A stretch of 64,000 nucleotides of DNA from a virus. Positions 59,810 to 64,000 of the stretch are shown piece after piece. The stretch covers positions 32,001 to 96,000 of IMG/VR virus record IMGVR_UViG_3300032753_000007. One strand, written 5' to 3'. The stretch's first letter is position 1, and each line of letters begins with the position of its first letter. Position numbers and translations under genes: made by a program. A model generated the notes under the pieces. It saw only the letters and a list, made by a program, of their open reading frames with translations. It was not told the DNA's origin and did no database searches.

Positions 59810-60202
59810 ATGAGTTTAGTCGCCAAGAGCAACCACAACAAATTTAATAACAAATACGACGGTGACGTATTTCCACTGTTGACGGAAACAATATTTACTC
59901 AGCATGAGGCTGATATATCGGAACATAGCCTAGTAAAATTGAAAATCGAACTCATTTATGAGAACTTAAATAAAGGGGATATACAATATTTATCAATGGT
60001 TAAACTCCGTGAGGACCTTGTATACCAAACAAGGTACATAAGCGATCTTAAAGAAAAAATAGTAAAGGATCACGAGTTTTTACTTAAAACTCCGTGTAAG
60101 GGTACTTTAGAAACTAGCGTTGAGGCTGCATTAAATGCAGCATATGATGATCATCTACAATGGCTAGCCGAATTTATAGCCGATATGTGTAGTTCTTCTT
60201 AA
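59810..60202 (+). CDS. Cassette 4 cargo: hypothetical protein containing a DNA-polymerase-derived peptide
   Basis: True start is probably 59810 (AGGAG SD); the track start 59789 lies in the leader hairpin loop. Confidence 0.75.
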   Translation: MSLVAKSNHNKFNNKYDGDVFPLLTETIFTQHEADISEHSLVKLKIELIYENLNKGDIQYLSMVKLREDLVYQTRYISDLKEKIVKDHEFLLKTPCKGTLETSVEAALNAAYDDHLQWLAEFIADMCSSS

Positions 60203-60210
60203 CCATTTAT

Positions 60211-60250
60211 TACCACTATAGAGTTTAAACTCTATAGTGGTATTTTTTTT
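60211..60250. terminator. Cassette 4 terminator, perfect 32-bp palindrome
   Basis: TACCACTATAGAGTTT|AAACTCTATAGTGGTA plus T tract, between convergent genes. Confidence 0.85.
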
Positions 60251-61307
60251 ATGCTTCACTTATTTTTTTTCTACTTTCTTCATAACGCTTAATAAAGGTT
60301 TCTCTTAATGCAGTAGGCATTCTTGTTAATGAATCAGTAGAATAAATAAATCTATCTACTCGTAATAATAAATTATGAATATTAGTAGTCGTTTGATTAC
60401 CATTAGCTACAATAGCTGCTAAATAAAACCAATCAACATAAACTAATAACAATAACCAATAACTGTACATACTCAATTCATTTATTTCATATGGTAATCT
60501 AGTCATTACATTATCACTAAACAATAAAGGTATTTGTTCTAATGTATTATAGTAGGGCAATCGCCTTGTTCTTAACTTAACTAATAGATGAGTTAATTCA
60601 TGATCTATTGTTTCTTCAATACTTTTAATATTTTGTCTTTCTCGTTTAGTAGGATCAGGAATATCTTCACCTAATGCTAAGTGTATGATTCTATTTCTTA
60701 AAGCAATATCTATTTGTTCAGGCATCATACCAGGCAGCACATATTGCCCTATAAACTCCGATAATGATTCATGTGTTAGCTCCGCATTGGTATCTTGTTC
60801 ATGTAGCCATCCTCGCAATTGTCGTGCCAATTTAAATAGATCTATACCAATAGCTGAAAATCTATTATCTATAATATCATTACCGAGTGGAGGCAAGAAT
60901 ATTTCCATTGTGGTAAAGGGATGATTTAAACATCTAACAGGTCTTTCATTACGCCAATCTAATTGCTTATCTGTAAATGTAGTAGATAAGACAGCACAGT
61001 TAGTCGTATAGAAGAGTTTTGTATAAATCATACCCTTTGTAAAGCTAGAGGTAATTCGTGCTGCAGAACAGATTTTTGTATGGTTATCTTCAATTAAACG
61101 ATGTAGGTCTGTCTTAATAGTAACATAATCCATTAAGGTGTATAATACTTTAATAAGTAAGTGATTTGAATTTATATACTTTGGATGTGTGGTTAAGAAG
61201 TATAAGTAATAATCATAATAGCCTTTATATACATTTCTTAATCGTAGTATATTAGGTACATCAATCTCACCTCTATTACTAAGGTGATGTGTAAACAATC
61301 TAAACAT
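60249..61307 (-). CDS. Conserved core protein (phiKZ gp52-like)
   Basis: AGGAG SD; INSNHLLIKVL and W....PVRCL.HPFT motifs; convergent with the polymerase block. Confidence 0.55.
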   Translation of the reverse strand: MFRLFTHHLSNRGEIDVPNILRLRNVYKGYYDYYLYFLTTHPKYINSNHLLIKVLYTLMDYVTIKTDLHRLIEDNHTKICSAARITSSFTKGMIYTKLFYTTNCAVLSTTFTDKQLDWRNERPVRCLNHPFTTMEIFLPPLGNDIIDNRFSAIGIDLFKLARQLRGWLHEQDTNAELTHESLSEFIGQYVLPGMMPEQIDIALRNRIIHLALGEDIPDPTKRERQNIKSIEETIDHELTHLLVKLRTRRLPYYNTLEQIPLLFSDNVMTRLPYEINELSMYSYWLLLLVYVDWFYLAAIVANGNQTTTNIHNLLLRVDRFIYSTDSLTRMPTALRETFIKRYEESRKKISEA

Positions 61308-61340
61308 ATATATCTCCTAATAGTCATAGGATTAACATGA

Positions 61341-61376
61341 TTCAAATAATTTATATAGCTACATTATAGCTGTGAG
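61341..61376 (+). promoter_or_regulatory. Putative early promoter
   Basis: TTCAAATAATTTATATAGCTACATTATAGCTGTG; shares TTCAAATAATT with the cassette leaders. Confidence 0.5.
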
Positions 61377-61404
61377 TAAATACAATTAATTAAACGAGGA
61401 ATAT

Positions 61405-61590
61405 ATGACTAATAATGATACCCAACCAGTTAATAACGATACTAATAAAGAAGTATCGTTTAATAGCAGCCTCAATAACTTAAAACCTATGTCTGATGAA
61501 CAATTAAAGCTCTACACTGAGACAGTTGACAATCCAAACATAAGTTTTAATGAAAAACTATTAGTACTTAATTCAAAATACGGCAAATAG
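61405..61590 (+). CDS. Small hypothetical protein
   Basis: GAGGA SD; 61 aa. Confidence 0.6.
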   Translation: MTNNDTQPVNNDTNKEVSFNSSLNNLKPMSDEQLKLYTETVDNPNISFNEKLLVLNSKYGK

Positions 61591-61600
61591 GATTTAATTT

Positions 61601-61915
61601 ATGTTAAAACGCATAGTGCTTTACTTTCTATTACTAGTGGTATCACTTAATCTATTTGCTGCTACTTTAGCTGAATGTGATGTAATGTTAAAGCACTATG
61701 CTAAAGTCAGAAACAATAGTAATCCAAGTATTAGGAGTAAAGCCAATCTAATACATGATAAAATATTTAAAGAATGCATCATACCACAAGGATATGATAC
61801 GGATACATTGATGTATCATTTAACTCACGATAAACCACTAGAAATAACACCTACCAAACCTAAAGGAAAACATAATGAAAAAACCAAAAAGATACCCAAT
61901 GCTAGACGACGATAA
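61601..61915 (+). CDS. Secreted/periplasmic hypothetical protein
   Basis: Signal peptide MLKRIVLYFLLLVVSLNLFA; two Cys. Confidence 0.6.
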   Translation: MLKRIVLYFLLLVVSLNLFAATLAECDVMLKHYAKVRNNSNPSIRSKANLIHDKIFKECIIPQGYDTDTLMYHLTHDKPLEITPTKPKGKHNEKTKKIPNARRR

Positions 61916-62318
61916 TAACAGTGATGCTGCTGTTATAATGGCTATGCCAGACACACCACTACCAGAAGACGATGACACAGTACCATTTCTTATTAAAGGC
62001 GATGAGCCTACTGAAGAAGTTAAACCACAGATAACAATGGATGTATTACCACCAGAAGTACAAGCATTCATAAAAGAACAAATAATAGCAGCAGTAGCAC
62101 AAAGTACTGCTGCTATGTTAAGTGCTCAACCAATACTTAGTGATATTAAGGATCAGTTAGATCATATTAATGAAGCTAGTAAAGTTGTCATAGAATCAAA
62201 TAAAGTAGAAGAAATAACTACTAAAGAGGAAGATCCATATGCTGAGTTATGCTCACTAGATAGATTTATTATGGAATCAACAGAACATATTAGATTAGAA
62301 CAACGTAATCATTGGTAA
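61875..62318 (+). CDS. Acidic hypothetical protein
   Basis: AAGGA SD; D/E/P-rich. Confidence 0.65.
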   Translation: MKKPKRYPMLDDDNNSDAAVIMAMPDTPLPEDDDTVPFLIKGDEPTEEVKPQITMDVLPPEVQAFIKEQIIAAVAQSTAAMLSAQPILSDIKDQLDHINEASKVVIESNKVEEITTKEEDPYAELCSLDRFIMESTEHIRLEQRNHW

Positions 62319-62878
62319 AATTACTATCTACTACATCACAGAGTGATGTAGTAGATAGATTACTTCTAGTACTATTATTTTTTTAATATATTAGATATGT
62401 ATTTTATTTATTACATATAAAAACATATATTATAGAGAGGTAAGGGGGGGATACCCCTTACACCAACAGTAAAATATATATTCTAATACAACGTAGTTGT
62501 ATTAGAATATATATTGCTTTAGATAACATAGACATCGTAGATGTCTATTCCTCATAACTTAATTAATAATAGTAATATCACTTGAGTAGTAGTAGCTATG
62601 CTACTACTACGAGAGAATACATTGAATAATAGTACTGTTATTATACAGTAGATGAGTAATGTGTATAGCATTGATAGATTAGTTAATTCATTAATAATTA
62701 AGTAGTGTGGTAATGAATAGATAGATTATTAATCAGTAGAGTAATGAAAGAGAGACTATATTACAGTACTTAAAGAGTAATCTATAGTAGAGTAATAAGA
62801 GTAATCATAGCTGTAATAAATAGAAATAATTATAAACAGATATTATTAATGAGAGTAGATAGTTATTGGAGATAAGTA
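62319..62878. other. Non-coding palindrome/repeat cluster; candidate replication origin
   Basis: Hairpins at 62324-62358, 62440-62461, 62473-62515, 62528-62548 and 62586-62610; five GAGTAAT repeats; visible C-rich to G-rich switch on the + strand. Confidence 0.45.
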
Positions 62879-63499
62879 ATGAATGAAATGAGATGTATTC
62901 CTGTTAAAGATATGGAAAGGATTGTATCGGGCAAATATAAAGGGAATTTAGGGTATAGTAATAGAGTGAGTAGTATTACGTTAGAAAAGCATATCGACTA
63001 TGATGGTAGAGTAGAGGTGAGTACATTTAAGGTGGATGTTAATGCTAAAGATACTACGAGTGATGCTAGGTATGAGATAACGAGTGATGGTGAAACACAT
63101 TTAGAAATAGTATCTAAAGTGAATTTAGTGGTGCCTTATGCAATCTATGAGGGTAAAAAAGGCTGTAATAAGGTGGTGTTAGAAACAATGGGTAAAGCAA
63201 CGGCTATAATAACACACGATGTTATTATAGCGAAACAAGATAAGGTAGTGGGTGATGGGGTTCGTAAGGTCTATAAAAAAGGTGAAAATGAGGTATTAAT
63301 AAATACCTATATACATCCTGGTATGCCTGTTATATTTCATCATGATAATCCTTTTTTAGAGGTAGTAAAGAGTACGTTTTATAGTGACTTAGTTAAAAGG
63401 TATGTAAATATAGAGCCTATTGGTGTGAGTTATACCATGGGGTTAGATTACTTTATAAATAAGCTTAGAGAGTACATTGATAGGGAGAATAATAAATGA
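62879..63499 (+). CDS. Hypothetical protein
   Basis: GGAG SD; promoter-like AAATAATT...GATATTATT at 62824-62847. Confidence 0.65.
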   Translation: MNEMRCIPVKDMERIVSGKYKGNLGYSNRVSSITLEKHIDYDGRVEVSTFKVDVNAKDTTSDARYEITSDGETHLEIVSKVNLVVPYAIYEGKKGCNKVVLETMGKATAIITHDVIIAKQDKVVGDGVRKVYKKGENEVLINTYIHPGMPVIFHHDNPFLEVVKSTFYSDLVKRYVNIEPIGVSYTMGLDYFINKLREYIDRENNK

Positions 63500-63526
63500 C
63501 ATGTAACCCTTTTATTAAAAGCTAAT

Positions 63527-64000
63527 ATGAGAGTAAAATCAATTACACTAGAAGGTGAAATTACACCTAATAGCAAAGGCAGTACTCATGTAGCTATTAG
63601 TTTTAATAATGATAGCTTAATCTATAAAGTACTGTATAACGCCTTATACAAAATAAATGAGGATTTAATTGTAATAATTATAACTAATCCTGAATTACAA
63701 CAATTTGGAATTATTTATTCACTATCAACTAAAAAAATCAAAGATTATAGTCCATTAACAGCAATTGCTGCAAGTGCTTTAGGCAACTACAATAAAGCAT
63801 TAAACGAGTATTTGGATAACCTATGGGGTAATTGCGTAGATGAAAAACTAATTAGACGTTGTTACTTTAATATTAGAATATGTGAGCGTGATTTATTTAA
63901 ACTAGAATTAAGTAAATTTTTAGTTGAAAATGATTACTTAATAAATAGCATAATGAATATTGTAAATGTAGTGCCAGTAAAAGAGATGGATTGGTGGTTT
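63527..64000 (+). CDS. Hypothetical protein (runs off the window)
   Basis: Open frame MRVKSITLEGEITPNSKG...KEMDWWF to the window end. Confidence 0.55.
   Translation, partial: MRVKSITLEGEITPNSKGSTHVAISFNNDSLIYKVLYNALYKINEDLIVIIITNPELQQFGIIYSLSTKKIKDYSPLTAIAASALGNYNKALNEYLDNLWGNCVDEKLIRRCYFNIRICERDLFKLELSKFLVENDYLINSIMNIVNVVPVKEMDWWF

Noticed and set aside
59220-60004. Polymerase/cassette-4 repeat as a DGR template/variable pair or target-site duplication
   Set aside because: No reverse transcriptase is seen, the differences are not consistently adenine-specific, and the second copy is internal to the cargo ORF rather than flanking the cassette.
1-64000. CRISPR array, tRNA/rRNA genes, introns/inteins or transposases
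   Set aside because: No regularly spaced repeat-spacer pattern or cloverleaf/T-loop signature was noticed, and terminase, RNAP and polymerase ORFs are uninterrupted with no evident intein motifs. This was a by-eye check only.

Overview
This is a 64-kb, very AT-rich, gene-dense segment of a phiKZ-like jumbo myophage (Chimalliviridae-like), read in the standard genetic code. Core genes recognised from motifs and recalled phiKZ gene order: SbcC tail, baseplate spike, UvsX/RecA, three virion RNA polymerase subunits, a 2157-aa lytic tail protein, prohead protease, tail sheath and tube, baseplate proteins, terminase large subunit, PhuZ tubulin and family-B DNA polymerase. Accessory genes: GH19 endolysin, DHFR, a TSCPD/NrdJb-like protein, a macrodomain protein and an outer-membrane beta-barrel. 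The most striking unexplained structure is a family of four dispersed single-gene cassettes (about 1883-2383, 5869-6405, 35845-36350, 59714-60242). They share a ~100-nt promoter/leader with a co-varying RAUGA-loop hairpin against the ribosome-binding site, their coding sequences are tiled with RNA hairpins (G-U pairs, G(CUUG)C and GAAA tetraloops), and they end in perfect 32-36-bp palindromes. Cassette 1 encodes a clear AcrIII-1/DUF1874 ring nuclease (anti-type III CRISPR). Cassette 4 carries an exact 13-aa copy of a peptide from the adjacent DNA polymerase, with only silent nucleotide differences. Other notable items: a GNAT-like domain fused to the catalytic vRNAP subunit, nested domain insertions in the tail sheath, and a palindrome-rich, skew-switching non-coding region (62319-62878, candidate origin) near where chimallin would be expected. 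No tRNA, rRNA or CRISPR array was seen. All calls were made by eye without database searches; phiKZ gp numbers are recalled homologies and need confirmation.
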